Origin: Pseudomonas aeruginosa
GTDB taxonomy: Bacteria; Pseudomonadota; Gammaproteobacteria; Pseudomonadales; Pseudomonadaceae
DNA: 32,000 nucleotides
Assembly (NCBI RefSeq): GCF_001457615.1
Contig: NZ_LN831024.1
Span: 240,001 to 272,000 of the forward strand
Reading direction: 5' to 3'
Under the pieces are notes generated by a model. The model was not told the origin of the DNA. It searched no databases and saw nothing but the letters and a program-made list of their open reading frames with translations. This document shows, one piece after another, positions 17,822-25,273 of this stretch. Every line of letters starts with the position of its first letter. The stretch's first letter is position 1. A program made the position numbers and the translations under genes.

Positions 17822-18340
17822 CCCTACGCGATGCCGCCAACCCTGGGGTAGGGCGGATAACGCCACCGGCGTTATCCGCCGATACACCGAAGCCCGGCGG
17901 CGGATAACCGCAAGCGGTTATGCGCCCTACGCGATGCCCACCCCTGGGGTAGGGCGAATAACGCCACCGGCGTTATCCGCCGATACACCGAAGCCCGGCG
18001 GCGGATAACCGCAAGCGGTTATGCGTCCTACGCGATGCCGACCCCTGGGGTAGGGCGAATAACGCCATCGGCGTTATCCGCCGATACACCGAAGCCCGGC
18101 GGCGGATAACCGCAAGCGGTTATGCACCCTACGCGACGCCCACCCTTGGGGTAGGGCGAATAACGCCACCGGCGTTATCCGCCGATACACCGAAGCCCGA
18201 CGGCGGATAACCGCAAGCGGTTATTCGCCCTACGCGATGCCTACCCTTGGAGTAGGGCGAATAACGCCATCGGCGTTATCCGCCGATACACCGAAGCCCG
18301 GCGGCGGATAACCGCAAGCGGTTATGCGTCCTACGCGATG
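17822..18340. repeat. Tandem array of a composite REP-type repeat: 5 full units (103, 101, 101, 101, 101 bp) plus a 12-bp partial unit
   Basis: Units start at 17822, 17925, 18026, 18127, 18228 and 18329. Each unit holds three hairpin modules. The first is CCCTAC...GTAGGG. The second is GGCGGATAACGCC-acc-GGCGTTATCCGCC, a perfect 13-bp stem in unit 1 (17852-17880). The third is CGGATAACCGC-aa-GCGGTTATGCG. The array fills the whole gap between convergent genes (stops at 17806 and 18349). Confidence 0.9.
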
Positions 18341-18348
18341 GGGCAGTT

Positions 18349-19695
18349 TCACCCCGCATCCGCGTGACTGACCAACCCCTTCAGCAGCACCGCGGCGGTG
18401 GCCAGTGCAGCCGGCAGCACCAGGGCGGTCAGCACCTGTTCGAAGTTCCAGCCCAGGCCCAGCAGGGTGGCGCCGATCCAGGCGCCGAGGATGGCGCCGA
18501 AGCGGCCGATACCGAGCATCCAGGAGACCCCCGTGGCCCGCCCCTGGGTCGGATAGAAGCGCGCCGCCAGCGACGGCATCGCCGACTGCGCGCCGTTGAT
18601 GCACATGCCGGCCAGCAGCACCAGGGTCGCCAGCAGGGTGACCTGGCCGAGGCTCTGGCCGACGCACCAGGCGAACACCCCCGCCAGCAGGTAGAACAGG
18701 CCGATCACCTTGTGCGGGTTGAAGCGATCCATCGCCCAGCCCACCGCTACGGCGCTGAGCACCCCGCCGAACTGGAACAGCGCGCCGATGAACGCCGCCT
18801 GCTCCAGGCTCGCGCCGCTATCGCGCATCAGGGTCGGCAGCCAGCTGGTGAGCAGGTAGACGATCACCAGGCCCATGAAGTAGGTCAGCCAGAGCAGCAG
18901 GGTGCCGGCGCTGTAGGTACCGGAAAAGATCACCGCGAACACGTTGCGGGCCTGCACCGTCTGCTGCTCGGGGACGTGGAAACTCCGTGCCAGCGCCACC
19001 TGCGCCGGGGCGATGGGGGCCAGCACCTGGCGTACCCGCTCGCTGCCGCGGTTGCGCACCACCAGGTAGCGCGCCGATTCCGGCAGGCGGAACAGCAGGA
19101 CTACCGCCAGGACCAGCGGTAGCAGGCCGCCGAGCAGCAGCAGGCTGTGCCAGCCGAACAGCGGGATCAGCTTCGCCGAGACGAATCCGCCGCAGGCCAT
19201 GCCCAGGTTGAAGCCACAGAACATGCTGGTCACCAGCAGCGACTTGAGGCGCTCGGGGGTGTATTCGGAAAGCAGGGTGGTGGCGTTGGGCATCGCCGCG
19301 CCGAGGCCGAGGCCGGTGAGGAAGCGCAGCGCCAGCAGTTGCTCGACGTTGGTGCTGTAGGCCGAGGCCAGGCTGAACAGGCCGAAGAGGAAGACCGCCG
19401 CGACCAATACCAGCTTGCGTCCGTAGCGGTCGGCCAGCGGTCCGGAGCCGAGGGCGCCGAAGACCATGCCGATCAGCGCGGCGCTCATCACCGGCCCGAG
19501 GCTGGCGCGGTCGATGCCCCAGTCCTGGGTCAGCGCCGGAGCGATGAAGCCCATCGCGGCGGTGTCGAGGCCATCGAGGAAGACGATCAGGAAGCACAGC
19601 AGGACGATCCGCCATTGGTACGGCGAAAGCGGCTGGGCATTGATGAAGGCTTGCACGTCGAGTCGTTCGACGGCGGGCAGGCTGGGGCTGTTCAT
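18349..19695 (-). CDS. pcaK: 4-hydroxybenzoate/protocatechuate MFS transporter (aromatic acid:H+ symporter family)
   Basis: 448 aa (MNSPSLPAVERLDVQAFINAQPLSPYQWRIV...), with the MFS motif GPLADRYGRK and 12 TM-like segments. Confidence 0.9.
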   Translation of the reverse strand: MNSPSLPAVERLDVQAFINAQPLSPYQWRIVLLCFLIVFLDGLDTAAMGFIAPALTQDWGIDRASLGPVMSAALIGMVFGALGSGPLADRYGRKLVLVAAVFLFGLFSLASAYSTNVEQLLALRFLTGLGLGAAMPNATTLLSEYTPERLKSLLVTSMFCGFNLGMACGGFVSAKLIPLFGWHSLLLLGGLLPLVLAVVLLFRLPESARYLVVRNRGSERVRQVLAPIAPAQVALARSFHVPEQQTVQARNVFAVIFSGTYSAGTLLLWLTYFMGLVIVYLLTSWLPTLMRDSGASLEQAAFIGALFQFGGVLSAVAVGWAMDRFNPHKVIGLFYLLAGVFAWCVGQSLGQVTLLATLVLLAGMCINGAQSAMPSLAARFYPTQGRATGVSWMLGIGRFGAILGAWIGATLLGLGWNFEQVLTALVLPAALATAAVLLKGLVSHADAG

Positions 19696-19873
19696 GGGAC
19701 GGGTTCCGCGGCGAGAGTGAGGGCGTGGGACGAGGGTCGGACGCGTGGCTCAGGTGCAGGCGGCGGAAGGCAAGGCGTGCTGCGGCATGTCGGGATTCCC
19801 CTGTTGTTTTTGTAGCGGAGGCGCTCGGCCTGCCGGGGTGCAGACACATTACGGAGGGCCATGGGGAGTGGCA

Positions 19874-19907
19874 ATCCGATAATCGTTTATCGGTTCGCTG
19901 ATCGAAC
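19874..19907 (-). promoter_or_regulatory. Two-box PcaR/IclR-type operator oriented toward pcaK
   Basis: Read on the minus strand: GTTCGATCAGCGAAC-cgat-AAACGATTATCGGAT. Box spacing and order match those at pcaI. Confidence 0.55.
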
Positions 19908-20000
19908 GAAACCCTGTGAAATCTCGACCTTCGCCAGGCTGTGAAAATCCGGAACCAGATTCTAGAATCCTGCCTTTCCTCGACTCAGGAACGCCCCTCC

Positions 20001-20780
20001 ATGGCCGGTAGCCTCATCGAACGCGCCCTCGGCTTGCTCGAACTCCTCGCCAGCGATGCCCGTGGCCTGCCCCTGCAACAACTGGCGGACCGCCTGGATA
20101 TCCCCAAGAGCGCCGCGCACCGCATGCTCGCCGAGCTGATCCGGCTCGGCTACGTGCGCCAGGACGACGACACCAGCCGCTACCGCCTCAGCACCCGCCT
20201 GGCCGCGCTGGGCTTCCGCTTTCTCGCTTCCAGCGGGGTGGTCGACCTGGTCCAGCCGGTGCTCGACGGGCTCGCCCGGGAGACCGGCGAACTGGTGCGC
20301 CTGGGGGTGATCGAAGGCGATCGCCAGACCTGGATCGCCAAGTCCCAGGGCGCCACCTCCGGGCTACGCTACGACCCCGACATGGGGCGCGAGGCGCCGC
20401 TGTTCTACACCGCATCCGGGCACGCCTGGCTGGCCAGCCTGAGCGACAAGGCGGCGCTGGCGCTGGTGGAGCGCCAGGGCGTAGGGGCGGCGCGGGACTT
20501 CGGTCCCAACGCGCCGCGCTCCAGGAGCGAGCTGCTGCGCTACCTGAAGCGCGCCCGCGAGCACGGCTATGCCTGGCAGATCGAATGCTCGGCGCCGGGC
20601 ATGGCGGCGATGGCCGCACTGGTGCGCCACCCCGAGGACGGACGGGCTCTCGGCGTGCTCAGCGTGGCCGGGCCGAGCGCACGCTTCGGCGAGGCGCGCA
20701 TGCACGAACTGGCGCCCCTGCTCCTGGCCGCGGCGCAGGACCTGTCCCACGCCAGCCAGGCGTCCGAGCTGTTCCGCTGA
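20001..20780 (+). CDS. IclR-family transcriptional regulator
   Basis: 259 aa from the ATG at 20001 (MAGSLIERALGLLELLASDARGLPLQQLADRLDIPKSAAHRMLAELIRLGYV...). The track start, GTG 19941, would place a 12-bp perfect palindrome inside the CDS, so ATG 20001 is preferred. The start remains uncertain. Confidence 0.85.
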   Translation: MAGSLIERALGLLELLASDARGLPLQQLADRLDIPKSAAHRMLAELIRLGYVRQDDDTSRYRLSTRLAALGFRFLASSGVVDLVQPVLDGLARETGELVRLGVIEGDRQTWIAKSQGATSGLRYDPDMGREAPLFYTASGHAWLASLSDKAALALVERQGVGAARDFGPNAPRSRSELLRYLKRAREHGYAWQIECSAPGMAAMAALVRHPEDGRALGVLSVAGPSARFGEARMHELAPLLLAAAQDLSHASQASELFR

Positions 20781-20816
20781 GCCATCCGGCCCGGCCCCAG
20801 TCCTTTCCCGACATCA

Positions 20817-20835
20817 GCGTTCGAATAGCGAACGC
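20817..20835. other. Dyad GCGTTCG-aatag-CGAACGC: a single PcaR-type box and/or the intrinsic terminator of the IclR gene
   Basis: The core GTTCGAATAGCGAAC (20819-20833) matches the box consensus at 13 of 15 positions. As RNA it forms a 7-bp stem followed by TTTCTT. It lies 37 bp after the IclR stop and about 190 bp before the oxidoreductase start. Confidence 0.4.
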
Positions 20836-21022
20836 TTTCTTGCCTGTCACGAGCCCGCATGCGGCGGGCCTTTCCGCACTTCCATGGATGCCCCGGCGGT
20901 AGTGCCGTCTCGAACCGCTCTTGCGCGGGGCCAGCCATTCGTTCAAATAATCTCCCTCGCTAAATCTGGAACGACGTTCTGGAATCTTGAAGCGAACAAG
21001 AAAACAACGATTGGGGACCGCC

Positions 21023-22066
21023 TTGGACGCACCGCTTCGCATCGCCCTCATCGGCGCCGGCAATATGGGCCGCCAGCATTACCACCGCTTGCAGCGAATC
21101 GCCGGTGCGCGCCTGTGTGCGGTGGCCGATCCCCAGGGCCAGGCGTTCGCCGCGGATGCCGGCGTGCCCTGGTTCGGCGATCATCGGAGGTTGCTGGAAG
21201 AAGCCCGGCCGCAAGCGGCGATCGTCGCCAATCCGAACAACCTGCATGTCGCCACCGCCCTCGACTGCCTCGCCGCCGGGGTGCCGCTGCTGCTGGAAAA
21301 ACCGGTCGGCGTGCAGCTCGACGAAGTGAGCGAGCTGGTGGCCGTCGCCCGGCGATCTGGCGTTCCGCTGCTGGTCGGTCACCATCGTCGGCACAATCCG
21401 CTGGTCGTGCGGGCGCGCCAATTGATCGCCGAGGGCGCGCTCGGTCGGTTGCTGTCGGTCACCGCGCTCTGGCAGTTGAAGAAGCCCGACAGTTATTTCG
21501 AGGTGGCCTGGCGTCGCGAGCCCGGCGCGGGAATGTTGCTGACCAACCTGATCCATGACCTCGACCTGCTCCGCCACCTGTGCGGGGAAGTGCGGGAGGT
21601 GCAGGCGCTGGCCGGCAACGCCATCCGTGGCCTGCCCAACGAAGACAACATCGCGCTGCTCCTGCGCTTCGCCAATGGCGCCCTGGGCAGCCTGTCCGGT
21701 TGCGACGCTGCGGCGGCGCCCTGGAGCTGGGAGCTGGCAGCCGGGGAGAACCCGGTCTATCCGCGCCAGGCCGAGCAACCCTGCTACCTGCTGGCCGGCA
21801 CCGAGGGTGCCCTGAGCCTTCCCCAGCTCCGCCGCTGGCGCTACGCCGAGGCCCGGCAGGGCTGGCACGACCCGCTGGCGGCCAGCGTGGAGGCCGTGGC
21901 GACAGGCGATCCCCTGCAACGCCAGCTAGAGCACTTCGTCCGGGTCGCGCGGGGCGAGGAAGCGCCATTGATGGATGCCACCGACGCCGCTCGCACCCTG
22001 GCGCTGGTCGAGGCGGTTCGCGAGGCCGCGCGCAGTGGCCGGGCCTGCGCGCCGGCCAGTTTCTGA
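21023..22066 (+). CDS. Gfo/Idh/MocA-family NAD(P)-dependent oxidoreductase
   Basis: N-terminal Rossmann motif LRIALIGAGNMGRQH. The frame is open from 20987 with no ATG before the Rossmann motif. Candidate starts are TTG 20987, TTG 21011 and TTG 21023. I chose 21023 because GGGGA lies 4-5 nt upstream. The start is uncertain. Confidence 0.8.
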   Translation: MDAPLRIALIGAGNMGRQHYHRLQRIAGARLCAVADPQGQAFAADAGVPWFGDHRRLLEEARPQAAIVANPNNLHVATALDCLAAGVPLLLEKPVGVQLDEVSELVAVARRSGVPLLVGHHRRHNPLVVRARQLIAEGALGRLLSVTALWQLKKPDSYFEVAWRREPGAGMLLTNLIHDLDLLRHLCGEVREVQALAGNAIRGLPNEDNIALLLRFANGALGSLSGCDAAAAPWSWELAAGENPVYPRQAEQPCYLLAGTEGALSLPQLRRWRYAEARQGWHDPLAASVEAVATGDPLQRQLEHFVRVARGEEAPLMDATDAARTLALVEAVREAARSGRACAPASF

Positions 22067-22088
22067 ACCGCTGACGATGAGGTAGTGC

Positions 22089-22904
22089 ATGGAATCGAGG
22101 ATTCTTTCCCTGGCGGCGCTCACCGTGCTCGAGCTGTCGCCCCCGGACATGGTCGAGGCTGCCGCCCGCGCCGGCTACAGTCATGTCGGCCTGCGCCTGG
22201 TGCCGGCCACCGTGGAAGAGCACCACTATCCGCTGCTGGCCGATGCCGGCCTGCGCCGGCGGACCCTGGCGCGGCTGCGCGACAGCGGAGTGCGCACGCT
22301 GGACGTGGAGATCCTGCGCCTGCGTCCGGACACCCGCGTCGGCGAGTTCGCCGCGGTGCTGGAGGTCGGCGCCGAGTTCGGCGCGCGCTATGTGCTGGTG
22401 GCCGGCAACGATGACGACGAACGGCGCAGCGCGGACAATTTCGCCGCGTTGTGCGACCTGGCGCGGCCGCTCGGCCTCGACCCGCACCTGGAGTTCATGC
22501 CCTGGACCGGGATCCGCGACCTGCGGCAGGCCGCGCGGGTGGTCGAGGCGGCGGCGCGGGACAACGCCGGCCTGTTGCTGGACGCCTTCCATTTCGACCG
22601 CTCGGCCAGCAGCCTGGAAGACCTGCGGGCGATCCCGCCTGCGCGCCTGGGCTACGCGCAACTCTGCGATGTCGTCGGGCCGCGTCCGACGTCGATGGAC
22701 GAAATCCTTCGCCAGGCCCGCGAGGAACGGCGTTTCCCTGGCGATGGCGGGCTCGATCTGCTGGCGCTGCTGCGCGCCCTGCCGGAGAACCTGCCGCTGA
22801 GCCTGGAGGTGCCCGCGCTGGATTTGCTCGCGCGCGGCGTGGATGGCACGGAGCGGGCGCGGCTGGCGATCGAGCGGACCCGGGCGCTGCTCGCCCGCCT
22901 GTAG
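22089..22904 (+). CDS. Xylose-isomerase-like TIM-barrel protein (sugar-phosphate isomerase/epimerase, AP-endonuclease-2 fold; function unknown)
   Basis: 271 aa, GAGGT RBS, 22 bp after the oxidoreductase stop. The sequence style (GYSHVGLRL..., ...HLEFMPWT..., LLDAFHF...) is typical of this fold. Confidence 0.82.
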   Translation: MESRILSLAALTVLELSPPDMVEAAARAGYSHVGLRLVPATVEEHHYPLLADAGLRRRTLARLRDSGVRTLDVEILRLRPDTRVGEFAAVLEVGAEFGARYVLVAGNDDDERRSADNFAALCDLARPLGLDPHLEFMPWTGIRDLRQAARVVEAAARDNAGLLLDAFHFDRSASSLEDLRAIPPARLGYAQLCDVVGPRPTSMDEILRQAREERRFPGDGGLDLLALLRALPENLPLSLEVPALDLLARGVDGTERARLAIERTRALLARL

Positions 22905-23053
22905 CGCCACCGCGCAGGCAGGTTGCCCGTTTGCATAATGGAACGGGGTTCTATAGTTTCCAAACGTTGAAGCCGATCGTTTCTTTCCTCGATGGCGGGT
23001 ACCGTCAGAATAAATAGCCTGCTATCGATTTGCCCTGGTGCCCGGACCCTCCG

Positions 23054-23932
23054 ATGAACGCATCCACCTCCCCGCTGCCCGCCAGCGACCAGACCCTGCG
23101 CGGCATCCTGCTGATCTGTGCCGCGGTGTTCCTGTTCGCCAGCCACGACGGGTTGTCCAAGTTCCTTTCCGGTTTCTACCCGATCGTCATGGTGGTCTGG
23201 GCCCGCTACCTGGTGCACACCCTGCTGATGGTCGCCGTGTTCGTGCCGCGCAACGGCCTCGCGGTGATCCGCAGCCGCCGTCCGCTCATGCAATTGGCGC
23301 GGGCGCTGTGCCTGATCGGCACCAGCCTGTTCTTCACCACCGGCCTGCGCTACCTGCCCTTGGCCGAGGCGACCGCGGTGAACTTCCTGGCGCCGCTGCT
23401 GGTGACCGCGTTATCCGTGCCGTTGCTGAAGGAGAAGGTCAGCCTCGGTCAATGGCTGGCGGTGCTCACCGGCTTCATCGGCGTGCTCTTCATCGTGCGT
23501 CCCGGTGGCGCGCTGTTCACCCCGGCGGCGTTGTTCCCGCTCGGCTCGGCGCTGTGCTTCGGGCTCTACCAACTGCTCACGCGGATGCTCGCCAACAGCG
23601 ACAGCCCGACCACCAGCAACTTCCTCGCCGGCATCTTCAACACGCTCATCATGAGCCTGCTGGTGCCGTTCTTCTGGCAGACTCCAAGTCTTCTCCACGG
23701 CCTGATGATGATCGCCCTGGGCGGTTGCGGCATGGGCGGCCACCTGCTGCTGACCCAGGCCTTCCGCCATGCGCCGCCGGCGACCCTGGCGCCGTTCAGC
23801 TATGGCCAGATCATCTTCGCCGGCCTGCTCGGCCTGCTGGTGTTCGGCCACGTGCCGGATGCCTGGGCGCTGCTCGGCATCCTCGTCATCTGCGCCAGCG
23901 GCCTGGTGGTCGCCTGGCGCCGTGGCCGCTGA
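23054..23932 (+). CDS. EamA/DMT-superfamily (10-TM) transporter
   Basis: 292 aa from the ATG at 23054 (MNASTSPLPASDQTLRGILLICAAVFLFASHDGLSKF...), with two EamA-like halves. The track start, TTG 23030, is less likely. Confidence 0.83.
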   Translation: MNASTSPLPASDQTLRGILLICAAVFLFASHDGLSKFLSGFYPIVMVVWARYLVHTLLMVAVFVPRNGLAVIRSRRPLMQLARALCLIGTSLFFTTGLRYLPLAEATAVNFLAPLLVTALSVPLLKEKVSLGQWLAVLTGFIGVLFIVRPGGALFTPAALFPLGSALCFGLYQLLTRMLANSDSPTTSNFLAGIFNTLIMSLLVPFFWQTPSLLHGLMMIALGGCGMGGHLLLTQAFRHAPPATLAPFSYGQIIFAGLLGLLVFGHVPDAWALLGILVICASGLVVAWRRGR

Positions 23933-23957
23933 ACGCAACGGGGTCGGCGCGTAGGCT

Positions 23958-25208
23958 TCACAACAGGCTCAGCGGATAGCTGACGATCAGCCGGTTCTCG
24001 TCGAAGCGGGTATTGCTGCCCCAGTCGCGGCGCTGGCTGGAGTTGCGCCAGCGGACGTTGAGACGCTTGAAGGCGCCGCTCTGCAGCGTGTAGCCCAGCT
24101 CGCTCTCGCGTCCCCATTCGCTGCCGTCGTCGGTGACTCCGGCCAGGCGCACATGGTCGCCATGCAGGTAGCGGGTCATGAAGGTCAGGCCGGGTAGGCC
24201 GAGGCCAACGAAGTCGAAGTCGTAGCGCAGTTGCCAGGAGCGCTCGCCGGGATTGTCGTAGCTGGCGTTGTAGCTGTCGTTGGCCAGGGTTCCGCCGCTG
24301 GTGCCGTTGACCCGCATCCAGCCGTCGTCGCCACTGACCTTCTGCAGGCCGAGATAGAGGGTATGCAGCCCGTAGCGCGCGGAGAACAGCGCGGAAACGG
24401 TGCGGTTATCGAGCTTGCCGGCGCGCGCGCTGCCAGCGTCGCGGCCACGGAATCCGCCGAGGTTGGCGCCCAGCAGCCAGTCGCCGAGCGGCTGGCTGTG
24501 TTGCAGTTGCAGGTACTGTTGGCGGTAGATGTCCTTCAGCTCGGCGTTCCACAGGCCGAGCAGGCTGCGTTCGCCATTGAAGCGATATTCGCCGCCGGCG
24601 AAATCGAAGCGGTCGGAAGTGGCGGCTGGCCGGCCGAACAGCGACATGTCCTGCATGCTTGCGTCGTTGCGCGGGCTGTTGCCGCGGAACTGGCCGGCGT
24701 AGAGGGTCAGGCCGGCGATCTCGTTGGCGCTGAGCTGGCCGCCGCGGAAGGTCTGCGGCAGCGAGCGGCCATCGTCGGAGCGGAGGATCGGCAGCACCGG
24801 CATCCATTCGCCGATCTTCAGTTCGCTGTTCGAGACGCGCAGCTTGCCGGCCACCGCCAGGCGTCCGAAGTCGTCGGCCGGGCGGCCGTCGTCGTGGATC
24901 GGCAGCAGTTGGGTGCCGGCCGTTCCCTTGCCGCCATCCAGCTTCAGGCTGTAGAGACCGAGGACATCGAGGCCGAAGCCGACGCTGCCCTGGGTGAAGC
25001 CGGAGCGGGCGTCGAGGATGAAGCTCTGCGTCCACTCCTCGGCCTTGCCCTGGCTGGCATCGCCGACGAAGTTGCGGTGCAGGTGGAAATTGCGCGCGGT
25101 GAGGCTGGCCTTGGCATCTTCGAGGAAACCTTGCCCGGCATGGACTGGCAGGCCGGCGCCCAGGCAGAGGGAAGCGCAGAGCGCGCGGACGTGGCTCGGG
25201 TGCGACAT
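23958..25208 (-). CDS. opdF: OprD-family substrate-specific outer-membrane porin
   Basis: 416 aa from the ATG at 25208 (MSHPSHVRALCASLCLGAGLPVHA | GQGFLEDAKASLTARNFHLHRNF...), AAGGGA RBS. N-terminal motif and length are typical of the OprD family. The symbol is recalled from the PAO1 Opd nomenclature. The 730-aa track ORF is an artefactual extension. Confidence 0.9.
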   Translation of the reverse strand: MSHPSHVRALCASLCLGAGLPVHAGQGFLEDAKASLTARNFHLHRNFVGDASQGKAEEWTQSFILDARSGFTQGSVGFGLDVLGLYSLKLDGGKGTAGTQLLPIHDDGRPADDFGRLAVAGKLRVSNSELKIGEWMPVLPILRSDDGRSLPQTFRGGQLSANEIAGLTLYAGQFRGNSPRNDASMQDMSLFGRPAATSDRFDFAGGEYRFNGERSLLGLWNAELKDIYRQQYLQLQHSQPLGDWLLGANLGGFRGRDAGSARAGKLDNRTVSALFSARYGLHTLYLGLQKVSGDDGWMRVNGTSGGTLANDSYNASYDNPGERSWQLRYDFDFVGLGLPGLTFMTRYLHGDHVRLAGVTDDGSEWGRESELGYTLQSGAFKRLNVRWRNSSQRRDWGSNTRFDENRLIVSYPLSLL

Positions 25209-25243
25209 GGGTGTGTCCCTTCGTTCTTGTTCTTTAGGCAGGG

Positions 25244-25269
25244 AGGTGCCCGGCGAGCGCCGGGCGCTT
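25244..25269 (-). other. Intercistronic GC-rich stem-loop between the MFS gene and the porin gene
   Basis: GCCCGGC-gagc-GCCGGGC (25248-25265), extendable with G-U pairs. There is no U-tract, so it may be an mRNA processing or stability element or an attenuator. Confidence 0.3.
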
Positions 25270-25273
25270 GGAC

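Noticed and set aside
17822-18340. Possibility that the regular repeat array is a CRISPR array
   Set aside because: There are no unique spacers. The entire 101-103 bp unit repeats head-to-tail with near identity, the units are internally palindromic REP-type modules, and no cas genes are present.
17044-18667. Track ORFs running into or across the repeat array (17044..17907 +, 18230..18667 -, 16433..17887 -)
   Set aside because: Their termini consist of translated REP units. They have no RBS and overlap better-supported genes.
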